A DNA stretch of 64,000 nt from Squalus acanthias (Eukaryota), in NCBI GenBank assembly GCA_030390025.1, contig CM059438.1:55864001-55928000 (forward strand). Reading direction: 5' to 3'. The notes beneath the pieces were generated by a model. That model saw nothing but the letters and a program-made list of their open reading frames with translations. It ran no database searches and was not told where the DNA came from. Below, in pieces: positions 12,957 to 23,700 of this stretch (the stretch's first letter is position 1; every line of letters begins with the position of its first letter). Position numbers and translations under genes: made by a program.

Positions 12957-13096
12957 CCCCCCCGAAGAGCCGTAGCAAATTTCTCTCCCAGGATATTGGT
13001 GCCCCTCTGGTTCAGGTGCAAACCGTCCTGTTTGTACAGGTCCCACCTTCCCCAGAATGTGCTCCAATTATCCACATAACTGAAACCCTCCCCCCT
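12947..13096 (-). pseudogene. C-terminal fragment of CR1 ORF1 (SGNH/GDSL esterase-like)
   Basis: EGFSYVDNWSTFWGRWDLYKQDGLHLNQRGTNILGEKFATALRGGLN*; DGLH is the SGNH DxxH block seen in CR1 ORF1. Confidence 0.85.
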
Positions 13097-13332
13097 TACA
13101 CTCATTCCATCACTCTCACTCAACCTTCTCTTCCTCCCCTCCTTGTAGGAAGAGAGAGTCCACAATGAGGGAAAGAGAGAGAACTGGCGGTGGCCCGCCA
13201 TTATTTGCAGGAAGCTGCTTTAGAAATATCTGGAGTCGCCGAGCAGCTGGAGGCTGGAGAGAGGCGGAGAGAGGGGGACATCTCAGCAACCTGGTGACAG
13301 AATTACATATCATACAGCCACATGGCATACAT

Positions 13333-13432
13333 CAGTGACTCCACTTCAAAAGTACTTCATTGACTGTAAAGCGCTTTGAGACGTCCGGTGGTCGTGAAAG
13401 GCGCTATAGAAATGCTAGTCTTTCTTTTCTTT
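13333..13432 (+). mobile_element. 3' fragment of an L2-tailed SINE in intron 2 of the Myb gene
   Basis: cttcaaaagtacttcattgactgtaaagcgctttgagacgtcc...gtgaaaggcgctatagaaatgctagtctttc; homologous to the split copy at 55407-55456/59942-59998. Confidence 0.65.
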
Positions 13433-14599
13433 ATCAGTCACTCATATGGGCACTGATGTCAGCAGCCACTGAATGGTCATCATGTGCTTAATGGTATCTG
13501 TACCCATTCTTCATATGACATATCTAACTCATCTCTTTACTCTCCCATAAGTCCATCAAGAGCCCCCACCACTGTCCAGGGGCAAGAGGAAGACGACTCT
13601 TCAGAGGAGTCTCCAGCCTCTGAGGGTGCACCGTCAGCAGACATGAGCGCACCCAGCACCAGCGCAGATACACACACCTCGGTGGGTCCCACGCGAGATA
13701 GAGTAGTGTTGTCACCTGGTGTCTCACAAATCACAAGTGCACCAGAGCATATGGTGGAGACAGAGACAGCAGTGGAAAGTCCTTGCTGGAGGGCGCAGGA
13801 CGCTGCTAGCTCTGCTCAGCTGCATGCAGACGCTGAGCTTCGGGGGTCATCCAGAAACAGGGCGATCCTGGAGGTGCAGGAAGAAGTGCAGGGGGCTCTG
13901 ACAGGTTTTGCGAGCGCGATGTCTGCAAATGTTCAGAGAATGGAGGAGTCCATCTCCAACATGAGTACCACCGTGTCGCAGGCGATGGCGACCGTAGGCT
14001 CCTCCATGGATAGGATGGCCACCTAATGCACCACTCATAGGAGCACATGGTCTCTATGGAGAATAGATGGCTCTCTATGAAGGATAGATGTCTGTGTATG
14101 GAGAATAGATGGCAGAGGCTCATACACCTCCACTCTAGGACGGATGTTAGCGTAGACGTGGGTCCTCATGGCCCCACTGATGTGCAGCAAGGTGCTCTCC
14201 AGTTCCTTGGCAGCAGGGCAGTGAGCAGGCTGCATCTACCTGTGCTGAAGCCACAGGGCTAGCACCTCGTAGAAGCACGCGGAAGAGAAAGATGAAAGAT
14301 TCACAAGGATAGCCGCTTGGGTGTTTTTTTCCAAAGTTTATGTAAAGTTTCCGTTAATGTGCTGTCAAACATAAAATTCTTTATTTTCAACACTTTCCAG
14401 TCTTGGACACATTTGTATGCACCTTTGGAAGTGGCTTAGTGAGTTGCAGTTGAGATACATAACGGTACCTCCAGCAATGGTGCTGAGTGTGAAAGGAATG
14501 GCTTGGTCTTTGCAGGGATGCTATATGTTGTTGGTGTGGGGTGGTGCCAACCTGGCGCATCATGTGGCAGCTATATGGGTGTACAGCGTCAAGTTAAAT

Positions 14600-14799
14600 A
14601 AATCTGGGCATGATAAGCCCAACCCTGGCAGCAATGTGCTCGGGTGCTGATGCCCTCTGTCCTGTGCAGCATCAAGTGATTGCGGAGAAGGTTGGTGGTG
14701 TTGTTGTTGGTGCTGCTGGTGTGCCTGCTGCTGCTGGTGTTAGGGCTCATTGTGGTCAGATTCTGAGGACCAAGGTGAGACAGTATAAACGGCACCCAT
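14600..14799 (-). pseudogene. Possible N-terminal remnant of the second element's transposase (catalytic domain deleted)
   Basis: ATG at 14799 gives MGAVYTVSPW...HQQQQAHQQHQQQHHQP with an internal stop. Position and orientation (convergent with the Myb gene, near the TIR) fit a Harbinger transposase. No DDE motifs remain. Confidence 0.35.
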
Positions 14800-15901
14800 G
14801 TTGATGGAATAGATGGCAGGTGAAGTAGAGATGACAGAAGCAATCTGTCAATGGTGAGAGAGGTTCTTCCAATGAGGTGACACTGGATGAAGACTTTGCT
14901 GGAAAGACTGCAGCCTGCAGAATCTGTGCTGGGAATGCAGTGAGAAACAGCTTCTGCTGAGGAAAGTGATCAGCTGTCAGGTGGGAGCTTTTACTGTACA
15001 TTTGAAGCTGCCAAGTAATCAGCTGGAGCAATGGCCAGGGAACTCCCGCCTCAGGTTGACAGACGTGGTTCCCGAGCAGCGTGTTTCCCGTGGCCATCCA
15101 GTTAAATTTAAAAGGTAGGGTTAAAACCACTTTTAAGGGTCTGACAACTAGTTACTAATAATTTAAATTGGGTCGCCCGTCTCTAGTGGTCGGGTCGGGT
15201 CAGGTCCGCGCTGACAGGCGTGCCTGGGGGAGAGGCACGTGGGAGTGGGCTGACAGCGGGTTCCCGACCCACTCCCAGAAATAACAACTTTCCCACCCGA
15301 CCCGCCTCCGATCGCACCCACTACCACCCTGGAAAATTCCGGCCAATGTGTAAATTTAATCACATTATTGTGAAATGTCATTTTTAATAATTCATATTTT
15401 GGACAATAGAAATTTCAGTTACTGAGAAAAAAAATTACATAACAGTTTTACTAAAAACATGGTGAGTGATTCGATTGGCTCATTCTGGTGAAATGTTAAC
15501 AAGTTGAGTTAGGACTTTGCTATTATAAGTATTGATACAGACAGTTTCAATGTTAAATGTTGATGTGAAAAGCATGAGTCATTGTGGCACAGGAATGTGA
15601 GCCATACACAAGATATTTGATAATGTAAGTGTAGTAGAGCGGTTACACAGCTTATTTCTGCCATCTTGCTGGGGTTTCACAGTCCAAAGCTTTTATTATA
15701 TGTCTAGTGTGAAATCAAGGTCACATTTATGTCGAGCCTACTCCTTGACTGCTGTCCTCTGGCACTGACTCCTCCGTCTGAGTAACTGGGTTGGATGGAA
15801 TTGACTTTTCACATTGCTGTTAAATGACTCCAATGGCTTTTGATATTTACAGTGACCTGAGATGTTTCTGCTGATCTCACACTTTCTCCACACTCTTTCA
15901 G

Positions 15902-16136
15902 ACAAGAATACTGTCCAAAGGAATTGCAACATCCAAGAACGAGTGACCGTCTGATCACATGGAAGGTGGCAGTTCCTGCGACAGCACAATCAACTCACAC
16001 ATTATTCAACGGGTGCTTCGGACTAACATCCAGGAGGTTCTAGAATCTGATTTTCAATGCAAAGCAACCCAGCTTGTTGGAAGGCAGATCAGCAATGCCG
16101 AGGTTGTGTGTGTTGACCTTTTCTGTAATACACAAG
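15902..16136 (+). other. Candidate host-gene exon (possible start ATG at 15959)
   Basis: Branch-like ctgat (15871), pyrimidine tract and ttcag acceptor (15901), donor AAG|GTAACT (16137). Frame open from 15959: MEGGSSCDSTINSHIIQRVLRTNIQEVLESDFQCK... No recognised homology. Confidence 0.3.
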
Positions 16137-17477
16137 GTAACTCTACAGTCGACTGGTTTATACTATCAGCTAACTTACAAAGATCAGACATCAAGTTATT
16201 CCAACAGGATTGCGCAGACACTTGTTTTATCTCCTTATTTTTTTCAATTCTTTTATTTGAATTGTGTTGCCATGGCAAATCCTGATACAGACCTCATGAG
16301 AGAAATATAAGGGATTTCTAATAAAATGCAGTTCCATTAAAGAGATTGACATGAAATAGCAAACTTTTACAGATTCCTGAGTTCACCAGAGCTTTAACCC
16401 TTACTGGAGACACAACATTTCCACCATGTTTTCATTTATTTACCACCATCCCCCCCAGGCAGTGGTGCTTGCTGGGTAACTGTTCCACAAGTGGAATCTG
16501 CTCCCAGCTCATTTTCAGAAGTGGCCGCTCTTCCACGTTGAGGTTCAGCAGGCTATTTGAGTAAGTGAGCGTCACAGGCCTCTGCTTACCCAAGCACATG
16601 CACTTTCCAGCAGGACCCACTGGCTGATATTCCCCTCCCGAGCCCAGGAGTGCTCAGACTGTTGCAGGTTTTCCAGATTCTAAGCATGTTATGATTATAA
16701 ATATATCTACTTCTACAACTGGAATTTTTGCAGGGGCTCTCTGGCAGGAGATCCGCAGAACCGCCAGAGAAACACCGTTAAATGGCAAAAAACATTTCGC
16801 CCAGTTCTCCGGGCCTTCCATCAATTTCCCACTGAAGAACAGCAAGAACCCCACGGAGCTGACCAATAATATTTGACGAGGCCAGCAGATAATATACTGT
16901 GCCTAAACACAAAGATTTTTAACTGATTTGTGAACTAAACAGACATTATTCTTAAGAAAATTATAAGAACCTGTTTTGTTTTTAACAATATGCACTGTGA
17001 ATAGTGCGTGAAGCTTTAACACTCCATTGTAGCTTATACATAGATGTATTTATCAGATCTGTCTCACTGTGAAGCTCTCTCTGTGTAATTTTACATGGAT
17101 ATGTAACAGATTTCTATATTACTGTAACTGAACAATATCGTATCTGATGGCTGCGGGTATTAATAAAAAGCAAAAATGTGCAAGTTAAACTTCAAAGATT
17201 ATGACTCACATCAAGTTATTGAAGAATGATGAAATCCAGCTCTCTCTTGCGAAGGACCCAGTGTAAGTTGAGTTTGGGGCAGTGCTGACACCACACATTT
17301 TCCTTTAACCCAACACTAAATTGCCCGTCTCGATCAGAGAGATCACAGAGAGACGAGTGTGGGAAAGGGGAAATATCACACGGCCAGAGCAGAGGCACAG
17401 ACCTGGGACAGAGCAGAGCAAGAATTACTCTGTACAGTGGAGACATTACACACAGTTACTATGGGGGGGGGGGGTGA

Positions 17478-17770
17478 TTTTGTTGACTTTCTGTTTTCTC
17501 TTCAGCTTTACCTCTTTCTCTTCTTCCCCTCTTGTCTTTCTCTTTTTTGTCTTTCTCTTTTCTCTCTCTTTGCTTTCTCTCTCTCTCTCTCCTATTTCTC
17601 CTTTTTCTACCTTTTTCTCTTTCTCGCTTTTCATTCTCCATTTATTCTTTTCCTCGTTCTTCTTTCTCGTCTTTCTCGTAATCTCTTTCATTCTCCCTTC
17701 TTCACTACTTTCCACTCTCTTCTTTCACTTTCCCTCTTTCTCCTTTCTCTTTCCCTCCTTTTATCCCACT
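17478..17770. repeat. Polypyrimidine (CT-rich) low-complexity tract
   Basis: Almost entirely T/C over ~290 bp. Confidence 0.9.
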
Positions 17771-17793
17771 CCTGTAAAATTCAGCCCGTTAAA

Positions 17794-20700
17794 CTCCCCC
17801 GTGAATCTCCCCCCCGTGAATCTCCCCCGCGTGAATCTCCCCCCCGTGAATCTCCCCCCCCGTGAATCTCCCCCCCCGTGAATCTCCCCCCCGTGAATCT
17901 CCCCCCCCCGTGAATCTCCCCCCGTGAATCTCCCCCCCCGTGAATCTCCCCCCCGTGAATCTCCCCCCCGTGAATCTCCCCCCCGTGAATCTCCCCCCCG
18001 TGAATCTCCCCCCCCGTGAATCTCCCCCCCCGTGAATCACCCCCCCCGTGAATCTCCCCCCCGTGAATCTCCCCCCCGTGAATCTCCCCCCCGTGAATCT
18101 CCCCCCCCCGTGAATCTCTCCCCCCGTGAATCATCCCCCCCGTGAATCTCCCCCCGTGAATCTCCCCCCCCGTGAATCACACCCCCCGTGAATCTCCCCC
18201 CGTGAATCTCCCCCCCGTGAATCTCCCCCCCCCGTGAATCTCCCCCCCCCGTGAATCTCCCCCCCGTGAATCTCCCCCCGTGAATCACCCCCCCGTGAAT
18301 CTCCCCCCCCGTGAATCACCCCCCCCGTGAATCACCCCCCCCGTGAATCACCCCCCGTGAATCTCCCCCCCCCGTGAATCTCCCCCCGTGAATCTCCCCC
18401 CCGTGAATCACCGCCCCCCCGTGAATCACCCCCCCCCCCGTGAATCTCCCCCCCGTGAATCTCCCCCTGTGAATCTCCCACTGTGAATCTCCCCCCCACC
18501 GTGAATCACACCCCCCGTGAATCACCCCCCCCGTGAATCTCCTCCCCCCGTGAATCTCCCCCCCGTGAATCACCCCCCGTGAATCTCCCCCCCATGAATC
18601 ACCACCCCCCCCGTGAATCTCCCCCCCCGTGAATCTCCCCCCCGTGAATCACCCCCCCAGTGAATCACCCCCCCCCCGTGAATCTCCCCCCCCGTGAATC
18701 TCCACCCCGTGAATCACCCCCCCCGTGAATCTCCCCCCCCGTGAATCTCCCCCCCGTGAATCACCCCCCCCGTGAATCTCCCCCACCGTGAATCACCCCC
18801 CCGTGAATCTCCCCCCGTGAATCACCCCCGCCCGTGAATCTCCCCCACCGTGAATCTCCCCCCCACCGTGAATCAACCCCCCCGTGAATCACCCCCCACC
18901 GTGAATCACACCCCCCGTGAATCACCCCCCCCCCGTGAATCTCCCCCCCCGTGAATCTCCCCCCCGTGAATCACCCCCCCCCGTGAATCTCCCCCCCATG
19001 AATCTCCCCCCCGTGAATCACCCCCCCCGTGAATCACCCCCCCCATGAATCACCGCCCCGTGAATCTCACCCCCCGTGAATCTCCACCCCGTGAATCACC
19101 CCCCCCGTGAATCTCCCCCCCCGTGAATCTCCCCCCCCGTGAATCACCCCCCCCCGTGAATCTCCCCCACCGTGAATCACCCCCCCCCGTGAATCTCCCC
19201 CCGTGAATCACCCCCGCCCGTGAATCTCCCCCACCGTGAATCTCCCCCCCCCTGTGAATCTCCCCCCCCATGAATCCCCCCCCCCGTGAATCTCCCTCCC
19301 CCGTGAATCTCCCCCTGTGAATCTCCCCCCCCGTGAATCTCCCCCCCCGTGAATCACCCCCTGTGAATCTCCCCCCCCGTGAATCTCCCTCCCCCGTGAA
19401 TCTCCCCCCGTGAATCTCCCCCCCCGTGAATCACCCCCCCCCCCCGTGAATCTCCCCCCGTGAATCTCCCCCCCCCCCCGTGACTCTCCCCCCCGGTGAA
19501 TCTCCCCCCCCCGCCGTGAATCTCCCCGCCCCCCCCCAGTGAATCTCCCCCCCGTAAATCTCCCCTCCCCGTGAATCTCCCCCCGTGAATCACCCTCCGT
19601 GAATCTCCCCCCCGTGAATCTCCCCCCCCGTGAATCACCCCCCGTGAATCTCCCCCGCGTGAATCACCCCCCCCGTGAATCACCCCCCGTGAATCTCCCC
19701 CCCGTGAATCACCCTCCGTGAATCTCCCCCCCGTGAATCTCCCCCCCCGTGTATCACTCCCCGTGAATCTCCCCCCCGTGAATCACCCCCCCCCGTGAAT
19801 CACCCCCCGTGAATCTCCCCCCCCCGTGAATCTCCCCCCCCGTGAATCTCCCCCCGTGAATCTCCCCCCCGTGAATCACCGCCCCCCCGTGAATCACCCC
19901 CCCCGTGAATCTCCCCCCCCCCGTGAATCTCCCCCCCATGAATCTCCCCCTGTGAATCTCCCCCTGTGAATCTCCCCCCCACCGTGAATCAACCCCCCCG
20001 TGAATCACCCCCCCCCCCGTGAATCACCCCCCCCGTGAATCACCCCCCCCGTGAATCTCCCCCCCCCGTGAATCTCCCCCCCGTGAATCACCCCCCGTGA
20101 ATCTCCCCCCCGTGAATCACCCCCCCCCCGTGAATCTCCCACCCCGTGAATCACCCCCCCCCGTGAATCTCCCCCCCCGTGAATCTCCCCCCCGTGAATC
20201 ACCCCCACCGTGAATCTCCCCCACCGTGATTCACCCCCCCCCGTGAATCTCCCCCCGTGAATCACCCCCGCCCGTGAATCTCCCCCACCGTGAATCACCT
20301 CCCCCCGTGAATCTCCCCCCCGTGAATCTCCCCCCGTGAATCTCCCCCCCGTGAATCACCCTCCGTGAATCTCCCCCCCGTGAATCTCCCCCCCCGTGAA
20401 TCACTCCCCGTGAATCTCCCCCCCGTGAATCACCCACCCCGTGAATCACCCCCCGTGAATCTCCCCCCCCGTGAATCTCCCCCCGTGAATCTCCCCCCCG
20501 TGAATCACCCCCCCCGTGAATCACCCCCCCGTGAATCACCCCCCGTGAATCTCCCCCCCCGTGAATCTCCCCCCGTGAATCTCCCCCCCGTGAATCACCC
20601 CCCCCGTGAATCACCCCCCCGTGAATCACCCCCCCGTGAATCACCCCCCCGTGAATCTCCCCCCCCGTGAATCACCCCCCGTGAATCTCCCCGCCCCGTG

Positions 20701-23700
20701 AATCACCACCCGTGAATCACCCTCCGTGAATCTCCCCCCCGTGAATCTCCCCCCCCCGTGAATCTCCCCCCGTGAATCTCCCCCCCCGTGAATCACCCCC
20801 CGTGAATCTCCCCCCCGTGAATCACCCCCCCCCCGTGAATCACCCCCCGTGAATCTCCCCCCCGTGAATCACCCTCCGTGAATCTCCCCCCCGTGAATCT
20901 CCCCCCCCCGTGAATCACTCCCCGTGAATCTCCCCCCTGTGAATCACCCCCCCGTGAATCACCCCCCGTGAATCTCCCCCCCGTGAATCTCCCCCCCCGT
21001 GAATCACTCCCCGTGAATCACCCCCCGTGAATCACCCCCCCGTGAATCTCCCCCCCGTGAATCTCCCCCCCCCGTGAATCTCTCCCCCCGTGAATCATCC
21101 CCCCCGTGAATCTCCCCCCGTGAATCTCCCCCCCCGTGAATCACCCCCCCCGTGAATCTCCCCCCGTGAATCTCCCCCCCGTGAATCTCCCCCCCCCCGT
21201 GAATCTCCCCCCCCCGTGAATCTCCCCCCCGTGAATCTCCCCCCGTGAATCACCCCCCCCGTGAATCTCCCCCCCCGTGAATCACCCCCCCCGTGAATCA
21301 CCCCCCCCGTGAATCACCCCCCGTGAATCTCCCCCCCCCGTGAATCTCCCCCCGTGAATCTCCCCCCCGTGAATCACCGCCCCCCCGTGAATCACCCCCC
21401 CCCCCGTGAATCTCCCCCCCCGTGAATCTCCCCCTGTGAATCTCCCACTGTGAATCTCCCCCCCACCGTGAATCACACCCCCCGTGAATCACCCCCCCCG
21501 TGAATCTCCTCCCCCCGTGAATCTCCCCCCCGTGAATCACCCCCCGTGAATCTCCCCCCCATGAATCACCACCCCCCCCCGTGAATCTCCCCCCCCGTGA
21601 ATCTCCCCCCCGTGAATCACCCCCCCAGTGAATCACCCCCCCCCCCGTGAATCTCCCCCCCCGTGAATCTCCACCCCGTGAATCACCCCCCCCGTGAATC
21701 TCCCCCCCCGTGAATCTCCCCCCCGTGAATCACCCCCCCCGTGAATCTCCCCCACCGTGAATCACCCCCCCGTGAATCTCCCCCCGTGAATCACCCCCGC
21801 CCGTGAATCTCCCCCACCGTGAATCTCCCCCCCACCGTGAATCAACCCCCCCGTGAATCACCCCCCACCGTGAATCACACCCCCCGTGAATCACCCCCCC
21901 CCCCCGTGAATCTCCCCCCCCGTGAATCTCCCCCCGTGAATCACCCCCCCCCCGTGAATCTCCCCCCCATGAATCTCCCCCCCGTGAATCACCCCCCCCG
22001 TGAATCACCCCCCCCATGAATCCCCCCCCCGTGAATCTCACCCCCCGTGAATCTCCACCCCGTGAATCACCCCCCCCGTGAATCTCCCCCCCCGTGAATC
22101 TCCCCCCCGTGAATCACCCCCCCCCGTGAATCTCCCCCACCGTGAATCACCCCACCCCCGTGAATCTCCCCCCGTGAATCACCCCCGCCCGTGAATCTCC
22201 CCCACCGTGAATCTCCCCCCCCCTGTGAATCTCCCCCCCCATGAATCCCCCCCCCCGTGAATCTCCCTCCCCCGTGAATCTCCCCCTGTGAATCTCCCCC
22301 CCCGTGAATCTCCCCCCCCGTGAATCACCCCCTGTGAATCTCCCCCCCCGTGAATCTCCCTCCCCCGTGAATCTCCCCCCGTGAATCTCCCCCCCCGTGA
22401 ATCACCCCCCCCCCCCCGTGAATCTGACCCCGGGAATCTCCCCCCCCCCCCGTGACTCTCCCCCCCGGTGAATCTCCCCCCCCCCGCCGTGAATCTCCCC
22501 GCCCCCCCCCAGTGAATCTCCCCCCCGTAAATCTCCCCTCCCCGTGAATCTCCCCCCGTGAATCTCCCCCCCCCGTGAATCACCCCCCGTGAATCTCCCC
22601 CGCGTGAATCACCCCCCCCGTGAATCACCCCCCGTGAATCTCCCCCCCGTGAATCACCCTCCGTGAATCTCCCCCCCGTGAATCTCCCCCCCCGTGTATC
22701 ACTCCCCGTGAATCTCCCCCCCGTGAATCACCCCCCCCCGTGAATCACCCCCCGTGAATCTCCCCCCCCCGTGAATCTCCCCCCCGTGAATCTCCCCCCG
22801 TGAATCTCCCCCCCGTGAATCACCGCCCCCCCGTGAATCACCCCCCCCGTGAATCTCCCCCCCCCCGTGAATCTCCCCCCCATGAATCTCCCCCTGTGAA
22901 TCTCCCCCTGTGAATCTCCCCCCCACCGTGAATCAACCCCCCCGTGAATCACCCCCCCCCCGTGAATCACCCCCCCCGTGAATCACCCCCCCCGTGAATC
23001 TCCCCCCCCCGTGAATCTCCCCCCCGTGAATCACCCCCCGTGAATCTCCCCCCCGTGAATCACCCCCCCCCCGTGAATCTCCCACCCCGTGAATCACCCC
23101 CCCCCGTGAATCTCCCCCCCCGTGAATCTCCCCCCCGTGAATCACCCCCACCGTGAATCTCCCCCACCGTGATTCACCCCCGCCCCGTGAATCTCCCCCC
23201 GTGAATCACCCCCGCCCGTGAATCTCCCCCACCGTGAATCACCTCCACCCGTGAATCTCCCCCCCGTGAATCTCCCCCCGTGAATCTCCCCCCCGTGAAT
23301 CACCCTCCGTGAATCTCCCCCCCGTGAATCTCCCCCCCCGTGAATCACTCCCCGTGAATCTCCCCCCGTGAATCACCCACCCCGTGAATCACCCCCCGTG
23401 AATCTCCCCCCCCGTGAATCTCCCCCCGTGAATCTCCCCCCCGTGAATCACCCCCCCCGTGAATCACCCCCCCGTGAATCACCCCCCCGTGAATCACCCC
23501 CCCGTGAATCTCCCCCCCCGTGAATCACCCCCCGTGAATCTCCCCGCCCCGTGAATCTCCCCCCCCGTGAATCACCCCCCGTGAATCTCCCCGCCCCGTG
23601 AATCACCCCCCGTGAATCACCCTCCGTGAATCTCCCCGCCCCGTGAATCTCCCCCCCCCGTGAATCTCCCCCCGTGAATCTCCCCCCCCGTGAATCACCC

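Larger units (their letters stand above)
9984..13096 (-). mobile_element. CR1-clade LINE, 5'-truncated within ORF1, with complete ORF2 and 3' UTR
   Basis: 3' tail (TTCTATG)2 at 9984-9997, short 3' UTR with ggccgaagggcc, open ORF2, and the end of an SGNH-esterase-type ORF1. Confidence 0.95.
9461..14026 (+). pseudogene. Harbinger Myb/SANT-like protein gene, exons ~9461-9694, 13149-13293, ~13552-14026; intron 1 interrupted by a LINE
   Basis: RAAPRFSDVTLMEGIRAHREVLFP...AWLDIAELTS...RRTWVQFRKRFNDLIRSG is a Myb/SANT (trihelix) domain. Donor gtgagt at 9695, acceptor ccttgtag at 13148. Exon 2 is EERVHN..RERTGGGPP (frameshifted) with donor gtgacag. Exon 3 has EEDDSSEESPASEGAPS...TSADTHTSVGP. Confidence 0.8.
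9188..15345. mobile_element. Second PIF/Harbinger element (internally deleted): Myb/SANT gene on +, transposase remnant on -, hosting a CR1 LINE and a SINE fragment
   Basis: Perfect 10-bp terminal inverted repeat tggccggaat (9188-9197) / attccggcca (15336-15345). GC-rich subterminal regions and an internal Myb/SANT gene. No clean TSD seen. Confidence 0.75.

Noticed and set aside
9960..13120. Target-site duplication for the CR1 insertion
   Set aside because: Flanks (ccatccatt vs cattccat) are only loosely similar low-complexity sequence.
17190..17270. Second candidate exon ending at donor gtaagt (~17263)
   Set aside because: No convincing acceptor or pyrimidine tract, short frame and no recognisable homology.
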